Part shown: positions 1 through 9,402 of the stretch, piece after piece
How the letters are laid out: each line of letters starts with the position of its first letter
Position numbering within the stretch: the first letter of the stretch is position 1
Assembly (NCBI GenBank): GCA_918797485.1
Contig: CAKKNE010000006.1
Location: 620,001-684,000 of the forward strand
Reading direction: 5' to 3'
Origin: Pelagomonas calceolata
Taxonomy: Eukaryota
Length of the DNA stretch: 64,000 nt
The notes under the pieces: generated by a model
Database searches by the model: none
Seen by the model: the letters and a program-made list of their open reading frames with translations, nothing else
Told to the model about the DNA's origin: nothing
Position numbers and translations under genes: made by a program

Positions 1-861
1 ACCTACGCAAGCGACGACGAGGACCAGGACGAAGGGGTGGCCTTCGTTGCTCAGGAGGACGACGGCTGCGACTCGGCTGACGAGGACGTATTTGACGACG
101 AGGAGGACGACAACGACGCGCCCGCGGCTCAGCAAGGGACTGACGGGCCCGACGAGTCCGACGACAAGAAGATCGACGTGAGAAGGCTGACGGCGGCGGA
201 CTACAACAAGCCGGGCGCCTCCATGGCCGAGAAGGACGAGACCCTAATAGCTTTATTGGATGCGTGTCGAAAGGGCGTGTTCGGCGAGGAGCTCAAGGAC
301 TGCGACGTGCCGCAGAGCTGCGTAGTGGCGGAGGGCTACCCGCTCGGCGTGCACATGAATAGACGACGTGACACCTTCGGCCGCGGCGACAACGACGCAG
401 CCGACGCGAAACTGCTGGCAGCGGGCTTCGTGCCGGTTAGCGCGAGAAGCACTGTGGCGAGGGTGGACGAGACGTTCCTGCGGGTCGCGCCGGTGCTGCG
501 GAACGCGGCGAAGTGCGAGCTCGGGACGACGTCATCGGCGGAGATTCAGAACGCCGTCGCCACGTTGACAACGTGGGTACGGAAGGCGCGCACGTCGGAC
601 GCCGTCGGGAAGGCCTACCTCAAGCTCGCAGTGGAGCTGGGCGGCCTGGCGCCGAAGAATGCGAGGGGCGGCCCGTGGGGCACCGGCGTTTACTGGGCGC
701 ACCGCCTCGCGAAGCAGGCGCGCGCCGTGCTCGCGGGCGACGCGCCGCCGCCGCGGACGAAGAAGAAGGCTGCTGCTCCCAAGAAGCGGGCTTCGTCGCC
801 GCCGCGCCTGCCGCCCAAGAAGCGCGCGAAGCCGGTCAAGAAGCGGTCGGGGCGGCGCTAG
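1..861 (+). CDS. 5'-partial protein with acidic tract, helicase-associated (HA)-like motif and basic C-terminal NLS
   Basis: Frame open from base 1; CDVPQ..GYPLGVHMNRRR..LLAAGF resembles the helicase-associated repeat; KKRAKPVKKR tail. Confidence 0.55.
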   Translation, partial: TYASDDEDQDEGVAFVAQEDDGCDSADEDVFDDEEDDNDAPAAQQGTDGPDESDDKKIDVRRLTAADYNKPGASMAEKDETLIALLDACRKGVFGEELKDCDVPQSCVVAEGYPLGVHMNRRRDTFGRGDNDAADAKLLAAGFVPVSARSTVARVDETFLRVAPVLRNAAKCELGTTSSAEIQNAVATLTTWVRKARTSDAVGKAYLKLAVELGGLAPKNARGGPWGTGVYWAHRLAKQARAVLAGDAPPPRTKKKAAAPKKRASSPPRLPPKKRAKPVKKRSGRR

Positions 862-910
862 GGCGCCTGTATACTGTCTATAGAATTTAAACCAAAACGC
901 TTTAATACTA

Positions 911-3634
911 CTACTGCGGCGCGATCTCGTACGCCAGGATCGCGTCGAGCGACGTCTCGCCGTTCGAGATCTTGGCGAGGTCGACGACGAGCGCCTTGAA
1001 GCGCGGCTTTTGCGCGACCAAGGCGCACAGCGCCGCGTGGACGCGCCGCCGCTCGCCGACGGGGAGCTTCGCGTCGAACAACGCGTCGTCGCCGAGCGCG
1101 TCGCCGAGCCAGGCCACGGCGTTCGACGACGGCGCCGCCGCGGCGACGGCGTGGAGGCACTCGCTCAGCGCCGGCCTCAGCTGCGACGGCGCGGGCCCGG
1201 CGAGGACCCGGATTGCCTCGCGGCAGGCCGCGGCGCCGTGCGCCCCGAGCTGATGTCGGTGGGCCTCGTCCTGCGTCGCCCGCTTCGCGAGGGCGCCCAG
1301 CAGGTTCGCCGCGGCGCGGCCCGCGGACCCGCCGGCGTCGGCGGCGCCCAGGCATCGTATGCAAAACGCCCAGAGCGCGCCGCAAAACTCCGAGGGCGCT
1401 GACAACGTCGACGGAGCCAGCGCGCAGAGCCGCACGAGCAGGGAAAACATTTCTGATGAAGGTGTGTTGTGTCGCGCCGCGGCCGCGACGACGCGCTGCG
1501 CGACGGTCGAGAGCAAGGCGGCGCCGTCGGCGCGCGAGGCGCACGCGTCGACGACCTTCGCCAGAGCTTCCAATGAGGACGCCCAGGCGTGCGCCTCCCA
1601 ATACACTAAGGCGACATTTGCGAGTTGTTGTGCGTCCTCCACCGAAGGGTCCTCCTTCAGCGCGGCGCTCGCGTGGCACCTTAATGCAGAACCGACGACG
1701 ACCTCGTCCAGGGCCAACGGAGGCGCGTGGCACGCGCTCAGCAGCGGCATGAGTCGTACGGCGAGCTGCTGCCGTAGTTGTGGCGGCGCGAAGCTTGCAC
1801 ATGTGTCACATAATTGCAACGCGTGGACGACGCGCTTGAAGGCCCGCACCTTCGCGTCGACGTCCACGGCATTTATGGCCGCCTCGACGCAGACCTTGAG
1901 GGCGTCGACGAGTGGAGCGCACGTTTTTGAGGCGACGTCGACAGAAACATGGGACGCCGCGCGCGCGACGCCCTCCACCACCGAACAGGCCGACTCGTCT
2001 CCGGTCATGGAGACGGCTGTAATAGCGTCCCTTAATGAATCGGGGGCGGACCACACGACCTTTGAATGAGACGAGCAGACCCGACAGAGAGCTTGCCCCG
2101 CGGCCGACGCGACGCGCCGGTCGCGATTTTGCGAGTGCGTGATCACGCCGCTGAGGAACGCTACTGCATTTGGGGCTTGCGTGGAAAGAGCCGGCGCGAA
2201 GGCGCCCAGCAAATCGCAGGCTCCGGCGCACAACACGAAGCCTCGACCCGACTGAAATAAAGCGCCGAACGCGGGATGCTCCGCGAATTGGAGCACGGCC
2301 CCGACGCTCTCCCTCGCAGAAGCAGCGACGTCCGGTCGGCTCTTCAGGTCCGAGCAGACCTCCCTTCTCGCCACCCGCAGCACATACAGAGCGGCCTCGG
2401 CTCTCTCGGGCGAGCCGCCTTCCGTCAGCGCTACCAATGAACTCTTCATTTCATCAGCAATAGTCCTCATATAGGTCTCCCTTAGCAAGAAGTAGGTCGC
2501 AACTAAAACATCCGCGGCGACGGCCCGGAACTGGAACAGCGCGTCCTCGGGGTCCTCGTCGTCGTCCGTACTATTGGCACAGCTCCGCGTGATGGAGACT
2601 AGTAAACGGGAGAAGGCGTCCCTCGTCAACGCGGGGTGCCGTTGCGCTACGGGCACGTCTTGCAGCACGAGAAAAGCGTCCAGTGCTTGGGCCCCTATTC
2701 GTCGAGAAGGGTGCTCGACGCACGTCAAGGCGAGGTCCCAGACCTCGGGTAAGTGTTGCGCCAGTTGCAGGCCGTGCGGCTCGCTCGCCGCGAGGGCGGC
2801 CGTGAGTCTCGCAATGTCCGCGAGGCACTCCGCGTCATTTTCTTGTCGACATTGGCCCAAGAAAGCTCTTAAAGCTTGCAATGACGCGTCGTCTAACACT
2901 TGACCGCCCCCCGCTTCCGCGGCGACGATCAACGTCGAGACGGCGGTCCTTACGGATGTTAATTTCGAAAAGGCCGGGGCGTCCACACCGCCGAGCAGGT
3001 CATGGAGCGAGCTCTCGGAACCATGCTGGAGCCAGGCCGCGAGGACCTCGTCCACACCAGTTGCTTGTAATAGTGCAGGAAAGACGTCCGCGCGCGCGAC
3101 TCGTTGCAATTCAGCTCTGAGCGGTCGTATCCGGTGCGCGCCCGCGTCGACGTTCGGCGCCTCGTCCGCCAGCGCTTTCAGTAAACCTAGACCGTGTGTG
3201 CTTCGACCACACAGCTCCAGCGCCAGTCGCGTGCACTGGCCCACCGCTGAAGGGTCCTCGGCGGCCGTGCGCAAAGCTAATGTCGCGCAGGCCACGGAAA
3301 CCTGCTTGGCGACCTCGCCCGGGACGTCGCTCGCCAGGGCGGTCGCGAGCTGCTGGACGAGCTGGGCCCGGAGCGCGGGTGGTGGGGGCTCCCGTCGCGC
3401 TTTCCGAAACAAAGCGGACGCGGCCCAGAACCTCGTGGCCGCCTGTTCTTGAGGCGTCGTCACGAGTTGCAGGAGGGCGGGCCAGGCGTCGTCTCCCGCC
3501 GAGGCCTGCTCGAGGTACTCGCCGGCCCTTTGTCTAGTGGCGGGGTCTGTATTTGGCGCGTACATGGCCGCGCAGGCTAATCTGATTTCGTCGACGGCCA
3601 TGGACGGGGACCGCTGCAGGGGCATGGCGGCCAT
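911..3634 (-). CDS. Importin-beta family HEAT protein (importin-13/transportin-3-like)
   Basis: 907-aa helical ORF; N-terminal AMYAP..RQRAGEYLEQ..AW..L..RFWAASAL pattern typical of IBN_N domains. Confidence 0.75.
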   Translation of the reverse strand: MAAMPLQRSPSMAVDEIRLACAAMYAPNTDPATRQRAGEYLEQASAGDDAWPALLQLVTTPQEQAATRFWAASALFRKARREPPPPALRAQLVQQLATALASDVPGEVAKQVSVACATLALRTAAEDPSAVGQCTRLALELCGRSTHGLGLLKALADEAPNVDAGAHRIRPLRAELQRVARADVFPALLQATGVDEVLAAWLQHGSESSLHDLLGGVDAPAFSKLTSVRTAVSTLIVAAEAGGGQVLDDASLQALRAFLGQCRQENDAECLADIARLTAALAASEPHGLQLAQHLPEVWDLALTCVEHPSRRIGAQALDAFLVLQDVPVAQRHPALTRDAFSRLLVSITRSCANSTDDDEDPEDALFQFRAVAADVLVATYFLLRETYMRTIADEMKSSLVALTEGGSPERAEAALYVLRVARREVCSDLKSRPDVAASARESVGAVLQFAEHPAFGALFQSGRGFVLCAGACDLLGAFAPALSTQAPNAVAFLSGVITHSQNRDRRVASAAGQALCRVCSSHSKVVWSAPDSLRDAITAVSMTGDESACSVVEGVARAASHVSVDVASKTCAPLVDALKVCVEAAINAVDVDAKVRAFKRVVHALQLCDTCASFAPPQLRQQLAVRLMPLLSACHAPPLALDEVVVGSALRCHASAALKEDPSVEDAQQLANVALVYWEAHAWASSLEALAKVVDACASRADGAALLSTVAQRVVAAAARHNTPSSEMFSLLVRLCALAPSTLSAPSEFCGALWAFCIRCLGAADAGGSAGRAAANLLGALAKRATQDEAHRHQLGAHGAAACREAIRVLAGPAPSQLRPALSECLHAVAAAAPSSNAVAWLGDALGDDALFDAKLPVGERRRVHAALCALVAQKPRFKALVVDLAKISNGETSLDAILAYEIAPQ

Positions 3635-3833
3635 TGCTTTATCTATGCGCGACGCGTAGGTGGAGCTTAAGAGATGCTTATGTGGCTTTGCTCTCGCTGG
3701 CTGCTGCTATGGGTTTTGCTGTGCGCGCCAGCGCACGAGACCAATGCGTGTGCACGAGCCTCGTCCAGCGTTCAGCCCTATCGATACGATCCTTAATGGA
3801 TACAAGCCTTTTTTGGTGCAGCGCTTGGGAGAT

Positions 3834-3857
3834 GCTAGTGTCTTACATGACGCTAGC
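3834..3857 (+). promoter_or_regulatory. Intergenic dyad motif GCTAGTG-TCTTACATGA-CGCTAGC
   Basis: In a divergent spacer; recurs across the window. Confidence 0.6.
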
Positions 3858-4037
3858 CCCGCGCAAGTCGAGGAAGCTCATTAAGGGCTGCATCGCGCTT
3901 GCTATCCTAAAAAACAGTCCCCAGCTTCTCTTGCCGCAGCCGCTCCAAGTCCTGCGTCAGCGCGAGCTAGCGAAGCAGAGCTCCAGAGAGCAGCCATCTA
4001 GCCACTCCTCGGCGTGCGCGCGCCGCGCCGTCGCTGC

Positions 4038-5786
4038 ATGAGCTCAGAGGAAGGTAGTCCTACTGTTGTACATACTGAAATGAGAAGCCGCCGCACCCGC
4101 ATGTCGCCCGAGCCGGAGGCTATCGGAGAGGACGCTCCAGCGGTGGTCGTCGAGGAAGCAGAAGAGTTGTTAGGAAACGACGAGGCACCTGAACAATCGA
4201 CGACCCCGGTCGGCCGCGTTTATGCTTTCTACGAACGACTCTCCACCACATTCAGCTGGCGCTACGTCGCTATCGTCTCGTTAGTCTACGGCGTCAATCA
4301 AGGAGTGGGAGAAGCGTGTCTGTTCACGGCGCAAAAGTACTACCTGTTTGACTATCTCAAATTAACACCAGCTCGTTATTCAAAAGTAGACGGCTTCGCG
4401 AACATCCCCTGGCAGGTCAAGGCCTTGTATGGCATGGTTTCTGATTCATTTAGCATCTATGGGCTTCGAAAGACGCCCTACATCATCTTAGCTTCTATTG
4501 GCGGTATAGTATCCGCAGCGTCGTTGTGGTTGGCCCGCCTCGACTACCAGACGGCTGCTGCATTATTATTGATAGCAAATCTCTCGATCGCGTCGCCGGA
4601 CGTGATGATCGACGGGACGACCGCCGAGAATAGTAGAAAGTTCCCGAAGCTCGCCGCGGACCTCCAGACGCTGAGCTGGGCTAGTCTCTACGGCTGCGCC
4701 ATGGTCGCGAACCTAGCTGTGGGAGAACTGGTAAAACCGTCGTCGATCGGCGCTCGGGGCGTGTTTGGTTTGTTGTGGCTGACGTCGCTCGCGGCGTTGT
4801 TGCCCGCTTGTTTAGGATGGTTAGGAGAAAGACCCGCTACGGTGATACATGAAGCGTCGTCAGACAGAAAACGGGTCTTCGCTTGTGCCTTCGCGACGTG
4901 TGCTGTGTCCGTCGCCGTCGGGAGTCTGCAGGCGTTCTCGACGTTTTCCGATGTCGTGCAGGGCGTCTCGACCATTATCCTAGGAGTGGTGCTAGCAACC
5001 ACAATTCATTTCTTGCTGAAACCCGTATCAAAAGACCTGGCAGGAGCGGCAGTCTACATCTTCCTGTCGGGGGCCTTGCAACCGGCCACCGACGTCATGT
5101 TCGCGTGGTTCCATTCCGACGGCAAAGCACACGGCAACTGCGCGACCCATTGCCCCCCCGGAAATGAAGACTGCGGCTGGGCGTCGGAAAGGCACTACCC
5201 GTGTATTTCCCCCGAATACTACTCTGCGATGCGCGCGACGGCGCGGTTGTTTGGCCTCGCGGGCATCGTGCTGTACAACGCCTACCTGAGCGACTGGTCG
5301 TACAGAAACGTGTTCGTGTTGGGCCACTGCGTGACCTTCGGTGCGAATCTGTTGGATTTTGTCTGGGTTTCGAGGTGGAACATCTCTCTCGGAATTGATG
5401 ATCGAGCGTTCTTACTTGGTTTGGACGTGGTCCAGCCAGTGGTCAGTAAAATAGCCAACATGCCGTCCTACGTCCTCGCGGCCAAGGTCTGCCCGGCGGG
5501 CGTCGAGGCGACGCTGTTTGCTCTATTGATGGGTCTGTCGAACTTCGGCAGTACGATCGGTTTATATAATGGCGTCTTCCTGCTGAGTGCCTTCGGCGGC
5601 GTCGAACAGCCGGAATTTAGGCATTTACCGGCCTTCGTTCTGATGCGGACGGTCTTCTATTTGGCTCCCGTGGCGTTGGTTTTTATTTTCGTGCCTAGGG
5701 GAAGGCCGTCTGATGCAATCGAGGAGGAGGACGTTGCTTCCAAGGAAATCGAGCTGACTCCTGTTGCCGACGCTGCCGCTGTGTGA
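4038..5786 (+). CDS. Folate/biopterin transporter (BT1 family, MFS)
   Basis: IPWQVKALYGMVSDSFSIYGLRKTPY, DVMIDG, AAKVCPAGVEATLFALLMGLSNFG motifs; many TM segments; ATG at 4038. Confidence 0.9.
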   Translation: MSSEEGSPTVVHTEMRSRRTRMSPEPEAIGEDAPAVVVEEAEELLGNDEAPEQSTTPVGRVYAFYERLSTTFSWRYVAIVSLVYGVNQGVGEACLFTAQKYYLFDYLKLTPARYSKVDGFANIPWQVKALYGMVSDSFSIYGLRKTPYIILASIGGIVSAASLWLARLDYQTAAALLLIANLSIASPDVMIDGTTAENSRKFPKLAADLQTLSWASLYGCAMVANLAVGELVKPSSIGARGVFGLLWLTSLAALLPACLGWLGERPATVIHEASSDRKRVFACAFATCAVSVAVGSLQAFSTFSDVVQGVSTIILGVVLATTIHFLLKPVSKDLAGAAVYIFLSGALQPATDVMFAWFHSDGKAHGNCATHCPPGNEDCGWASERHYPCISPEYYSAMRATARLFGLAGIVLYNAYLSDWSYRNVFVLGHCVTFGANLLDFVWVSRWNISLGIDDRAFLLGLDVVQPVVSKIANMPSYVLAAKVCPAGVEATLFALLMGLSNFGSTIGLYNGVFLLSAFGGVEQPEFRHLPAFVLMRTVFYLAPVALVFIFVPRGRPSDAIEEEDVASKEIELTPVADAAAV

Positions 5787-6216
5787 GTAACTCTATGTAA
5801 TGTACATGTGCGTCTAACATATGCGTAGATAGAATGCGTAGAATATATGCGACTCACAGGTGAGGTCTGTACGGCGCGCGGCGACCCCGGGTTTTTTAGC
5901 AGGGTACCTCGGGCCCAATCGTCGTGGGGGGACGCCCGAAGCCTAAAGCCGTCGAGTTACCTCGCCAGAAGTCCCCGGCCGTCGGCACCGGTTGCTAAAA
6001 AACAAATCGGGCAGCATCCAAAAACCTGCCCACCCGCCGGCGCGCGGCGCGAGCGTCTACGGGCGCCACCGGCTGCCCATCGAACTCCACGACAGTCTCC
6101 GGCGCCCACGCAGCCCTCCGCTCTTTGCCGCGCGAGACCGCTGCCCATTTTTAGCTGCCCTCAGGACAGGCGCGCCTCTACGCCGCCGCTGCGCCGCGCC
6201 ACGCGCCGAGCCAATC

Positions 6217-7098
6217 ATGGGCTGGGCCGACGACGAGGGCGGCGGCGACGCGAAGGCCGGCGCCAAGGACGAGCCGCGGCGGCGCCCGCGGCGGGCCTCG
6301 GACGAGCCCGCCGAGGCCAAGGACGCCGGCCCGCGCCGGCCCCAGAAGTCCGAGAACGCCTGGGGCTCTTCCTCTACCGGAAAGAGCTCTTCTACGAGGC
6401 GCGACGACGACAGTGATGGGGAACCGCGGCGGAGGAAGCGCCTCGCCGACTCCGACAACGAGGGCGAGACGGAAATTACGATGATTATTCCGGACCTCGA
6501 CGAGCAGGCGGAAGAGGACATCACTTTACAAGTCGCCGAAGCTCCTAGGAATCGTACGATCAAATTGCCTACTCTAGCTGAATTGAACGCGGACCTCGCT
6601 GCTCACTCAATAATCCCGGTCAAGCCCGGTGAAAAAAGGCTGGATCTATCATTGTTAAATAACCGGCTGGTGCCACCTGCTATGGTGAAGGAGAACACCG
6701 AGGACTGGACCTGGGACGGGCTGCTGCGAGATGTCGCTCGAGACTTCCAGGAGGAGGCCGAGCGGAATCAAGTGATGAGGGAGAAGAAATTAGCGTTCGA
6801 GCAGAAGTTCGCTACGAAGTCTGAAGATACGGGCGAAGCTTTGTTGAAAAGACAAGCCAAAGGTGGGAGACGGGCCGCGCCCAAGCCGAAGAAAGAAGAG
6901 GGTAAAGAGGACAAGGAAGAACCGAAAACTGCCGATACAGCTGAGCTCGATAAAGCGCTGGGCAAGAAGGAGAAGAGCGCCGCGAAGGGCGGTAGAAGGG
7001 CTCGCAAAAGGGACCCCGAGCCCGAGGCCAAGCCGGCGCCGAAGGAGGACTCCGATAGTGATGATGGCGACATCGCGATGCAATCGGAGGCGAAGTAG
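6217..7098 (+). CDS. IFT43: Intraflagellar transport protein 43
   Basis: IIPDLDEQAEEDITLQVAEAP..LPTLAELNADL..LDLSLL..LVP..W.WD motif; ATG at 6217. Confidence 0.85.
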   Translation: MGWADDEGGGDAKAGAKDEPRRRPRRASDEPAEAKDAGPRRPQKSENAWGSSSTGKSSSTRRDDDSDGEPRRRKRLADSDNEGETEITMIIPDLDEQAEEDITLQVAEAPRNRTIKLPTLAELNADLAAHSIIPVKPGEKRLDLSLLNNRLVPPAMVKENTEDWTWDGLLRDVARDFQEEAERNQVMREKKLAFEQKFATKSEDTGEALLKRQAKGGRRAAPKPKKEEGKEDKEEPKTADTAELDKALGKKEKSAAKGGRRARKRDPEPEAKPAPKEDSDSDDGDIAMQSEAK

Positions 7099-7331
7099 CT
7101 AGTTAATCAATATAGCTTTACTAGTACTCACGACGACTCTCTATTTGCTCTAGCCGGCCGCCGGCGGCCCATGCGTTTGTCGCGTCGATGGCGTCTGGCG
7201 CCACCCATACGCCATCGCCGCGACCCGATGCACACTCTCCGACTCTCGTCGCGTCGCGTCGACACGTGCGTCGACGGCGTCAACCTCTAGCCCGGGCCTG
7301 AGTCCTAGACATTTGCCCTATGGACTCGGAG

Positions 7332-8405
7332 TTAATCAACATCTTCATTATCCCCGTCCTCAAAACTCCAGAACGTCGCCGTCTGCAACGGCGATGCCTC
7401 TAGCGCTAGAGCCGGGAGGGGCGCGGGGAGTTGTTCTCGCACAAATTTCCTGAACTCCGCGTCGCCAGCAGCTGCTGTTCTATGTGAGAGAAACGCCACA
7501 TAATCGGAGTCGTCCCGGAACCTCGGGTCGCACGAGTAGAGTCGGGCGAAGGCGTAGTGGCGCGCGTCGTCTCCCGGAGACCAGCCCTGTTTAATTCCCA
7601 GTCCCGGGAAGGCCCATCCCTCCAGTCGCGCTTCGGCGAAGGGCACGGCTCGGCCATTGTCTCTCAATAGTCCCGCGGCGCATCCTAAGTTATCCAACTT
7701 TGGTTGAGCGTGCAACCGTATGCGTGCACGTTGTCTTCGTTTGAGCAGTGTCTCCTCAGACAGATATTCGCCAAGATCCAACCAGCGGCGACACCGCGCC
7801 GCATGCTTCGACTCGTCGTCCGAGAACGCCCGCGCGCAATGCAGACAGACGCCTACTAAACCCTGAGGCTCCAGCAATTTCACAGAGGAGAGTTTTCGGG
7901 TCGGGGCCAGGCCCGACGGCCTCCTCACCCAGAACACTCCCAGTAAATCCTCGCCTTTGGAATTCGCGGGGTCTGCCAGAGTCTTCTTCAGCATGATGCC
8001 ACAGCCATAACAAGAACCGACGACACTCGCGGCGCGGGGCGGCAGCACCGACAGCTTCCGGAACGTAGTGTCGACGTCGACCGTCTTCGTCCTCATATCG
8101 ACAAATTTCCCCGTCGCTTCCACCTTGTGGGCCCTTCTACGTAAGCAGTCCTCGCGGTGCACGGGCCAGTGCCGCCGCTGACACGTGCGCGTGCAATATC
8201 TAGCGTAGTGGCATCCTCCACAAGCCAATAACTTGGGCACCAGTAACCCACAGGAAAAGCACCCGCCATGACTCCCGACACACTGGCCCGTCTCCAAGCA
8301 GCGCTGCATCATCTGATTCCTCATAGCTTGCTTCTGGGCTTCCGGCAGCTCCGGCGGCGGTGGGTCCTCGCCGATCTTGTCGAACTTGCTGTAGTCGATG
8401 GGCAT
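7332..8405 (-). CDS. MYND zinc-finger protein
   Basis: CFSCG..CGGCHYARYCTRTCQRRHWPVHREDC. Confidence 0.8.
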   Translation of the reverse strand: MPIDYSKFDKIGEDPPPPELPEAQKQAMRNQMMQRCLETGQCVGSHGGCFSCGLLVPKLLACGGCHYARYCTRTCQRRHWPVHREDCLRRRAHKVEATGKFVDMRTKTVDVDTTFRKLSVLPPRAASVVGSCYGCGIMLKKTLADPANSKGEDLLGVFWVRRPSGLAPTRKLSSVKLLEPQGLVGVCLHCARAFSDDESKHAARCRRWLDLGEYLSEETLLKRRQRARIRLHAQPKLDNLGCAAGLLRDNGRAVPFAEARLEGWAFPGLGIKQGWSPGDDARHYAFARLYSCDPRFRDDSDYVAFLSHRTAAAGDAEFRKFVREQLPAPLPALALEASPLQTATFWSFEDGDNEDVD

Positions 8406-8608
8406 GGTGGCTTTGCTTGCTGCGCGGGGGCAGCCTTTCCGGCCAGCGCTCGAGTCGAGCTTTTGAGCTAGTACGTTAGTACATTAGCTCCACCTCGATT
8501 AGGATTGCGAGAATCAGTAAAGACCAGCAATACACGGGGCCCTACCTTTTGAAGACGGACCAAGGCTTCGCGGTGCCTCGTTGCTTCAGCGGACTTCGCA
8601 ATCCTACG

Positions 8609-9277
8609 ATGCCACCCCTCACCCTGGCCATCTGCGCCGTCGCCGCGGCCCTGAGCCCCCTCCAGGTCTGCCACCACAAGACATGCTCCAAGCACGGCCT
8701 CGCGAGGCGGACGCTGGACATCGCACACGTGCTCGGCGGCCCCGAGGCGGCGGTTCAGACTTTAGAATGCCAGAGCGGCTGCAACGCGGGCACGGTCTCC
8801 GTTGTCGGTCGCCGCTTGTACGACGTGGAGCGCGCGTCGGCGGCGACGCTCGCGGCGATTCTGGAGATCGAGCTCGGCGTTGCGGTCACGGACGCCGCAG
8901 TTGATGCCTGTGATAAACTAGCCGCCGCCGACGCGGCGCAGCGGCGTGGCGACAAGGACGTTGCGCGCAAAACGCTGCGCGCGCTGCTCGACGATGCGGC
9001 CGCCCTCGCCGCGGCGCCGCGCCTCGAGGCCCTCGCGGCGGTGCGCCTCTTTGACCTCTTAGCGGGCGAGGCGGAACAGCGCGAGGCCCTCGAGCCGATC
9101 TTGATCCGCAGTGCGGAGCACGACACGGCGGCGACGTGGCGCCTGGCGGCGTCGCGCGGCGCGCGGGGCGACTGCGACGGCCAGCGCGAGGTGTTGATCG
9201 CGCTCACGAAACGTGAGCCTGCAGCAATCGACGCGGCGCGCGAATTGATAGAGGGGTGTGACGTAACGTACACTTAG
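8609..9277 (+). CDS. Signal-peptide protein with thioredoxin-like [2Fe-2S] ferredoxin-type Cys motif
   Basis: Hydrophobic N-terminus; QVCHHKTCSKHG...ECQSGCNAG. Confidence 0.5.
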   Translation: MPPLTLAICAVAAALSPLQVCHHKTCSKHGLARRTLDIAHVLGGPEAAVQTLECQSGCNAGTVSVVGRRLYDVERASAATLAAILEIELGVAVTDAAVDACDKLAAADAAQRRGDKDVARKTLRALLDDAAALAAAPRLEALAAVRLFDLLAGEAEQREALEPILIRSAEHDTAATWRLAASRGARGDCDGQREVLIALTKREPAAIDAARELIEGCDVTYT

Positions 9278-9402
9278 CAGGGATGACGTGGCCCGCCGCA
9301 ATAGATTCGACGCCCTGCCAGGTGTCAACGTCCCACTTACGCCATCGAACAGTCTTCCTTGTGGAAATTCCAGGCCGTTACTTCGGGGGGAAGGGGAGCG
9401 AA

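Noticed and set aside
858..2069. Long overlapping/antisense ORFs (also e.g. 30542-31747, 37404-38522, 45681-46607, 49588-50448, 52953-53951)
   Set aside because: Shadow ORFs expected from high GC3; Arg/Ala/Ser-rich without motifs and opposite credible genes
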